Under the pieces are notes generated by a model that was given only the letters and a program-made list of their open reading frames with translations, did no database searches and was not told the origin of the DNA. The translations under genes and the position numbers were made by a program. From positions 21,573,050-21,637,049 of the forward strand of contig OZ316896.1 in NCBI GenBank assembly GCA_973895155.1: a stretch of DNA of 64,000 bases, written 5' to 3'. This DNA comes from Marsupella aquatica (Eukaryota > Plantae > Marchantiophyta). Positions 63,667 to 64,000 of this stretch are shown here, piece after piece (the first letter of the stretch is position 1; each line of letters starts with the position of its first letter).

Positions 63667-63822
63667 CATGCTGAGTGAGCACACTTGGAGGCAAGAGAAA
63701 TGTGTTTCCAATCTGATTCCAAACTTTACATGTTACAAGATGCCCTTCTACGTCAGGATTGTCATGCTGAGCATCATTCCAGGCAAGAGAAATGTGTTTC
63801 CCATCTGATCCCAAACTTTACA
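63667..63822. repeat. ~92-bp tandem duplication
   Basis: CATGCTGAG...AGGCAAGAGAAATGTGTTTCC.ATCTGAT.CCAAACTTTACA occurs twice. Confidence 0.85.
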
Positions 63823-64000
63823 GCAACCACTTCCTTTTGGCATGGAACTCGGGGTATGCAAATCTTGTATAATAGTAGGGTCCACATTTTAGTGTAGACT
63901 GAAAAATTGGCTATAATTAAAAAACAAAATTAAAAAAAACTTGTCCACTTTTAAGTTTTTTTAAGTCATGATATATACCCGAGATCGATGTAGAAAATTT

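Overview
Eukaryotic land-plant nuclear DNA with GT-AG introns; a liverwort-like bryophyte origin is my inference. Four intact protein genes: an intronless DWF1/DHCR24-family sterol Delta24-reductase (+), an intronless DUF4228/PADRE protein (+), a 5-exon PhyH-family Fe(II)/2OG dioxygenase (-) and a 9-exon acid triacylglycerol lipase (-). One intact tRNA-Ala(CGC) lies inside a ~7 kb block of co-oriented, intron-retaining pseudogene fragments: an LRR protein, mitochondrial ferredoxin reductase and unidentified exons. The main mobile element is a near full-length CRE-like non-LTR retrotransposon (zinc finger, RT, CCHC, restriction-like endonuclease) at ~10.1-14.8 kb. Also present are degraded copia and L1 remnants, three related Mutator-type non-autonomous elements with ~10-bp TSDs, a TAA-flanked MITE, several perfect hairpins and short tandem duplications. 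All alignments, translations and family assignments were done by eye or from memory; no search was run.
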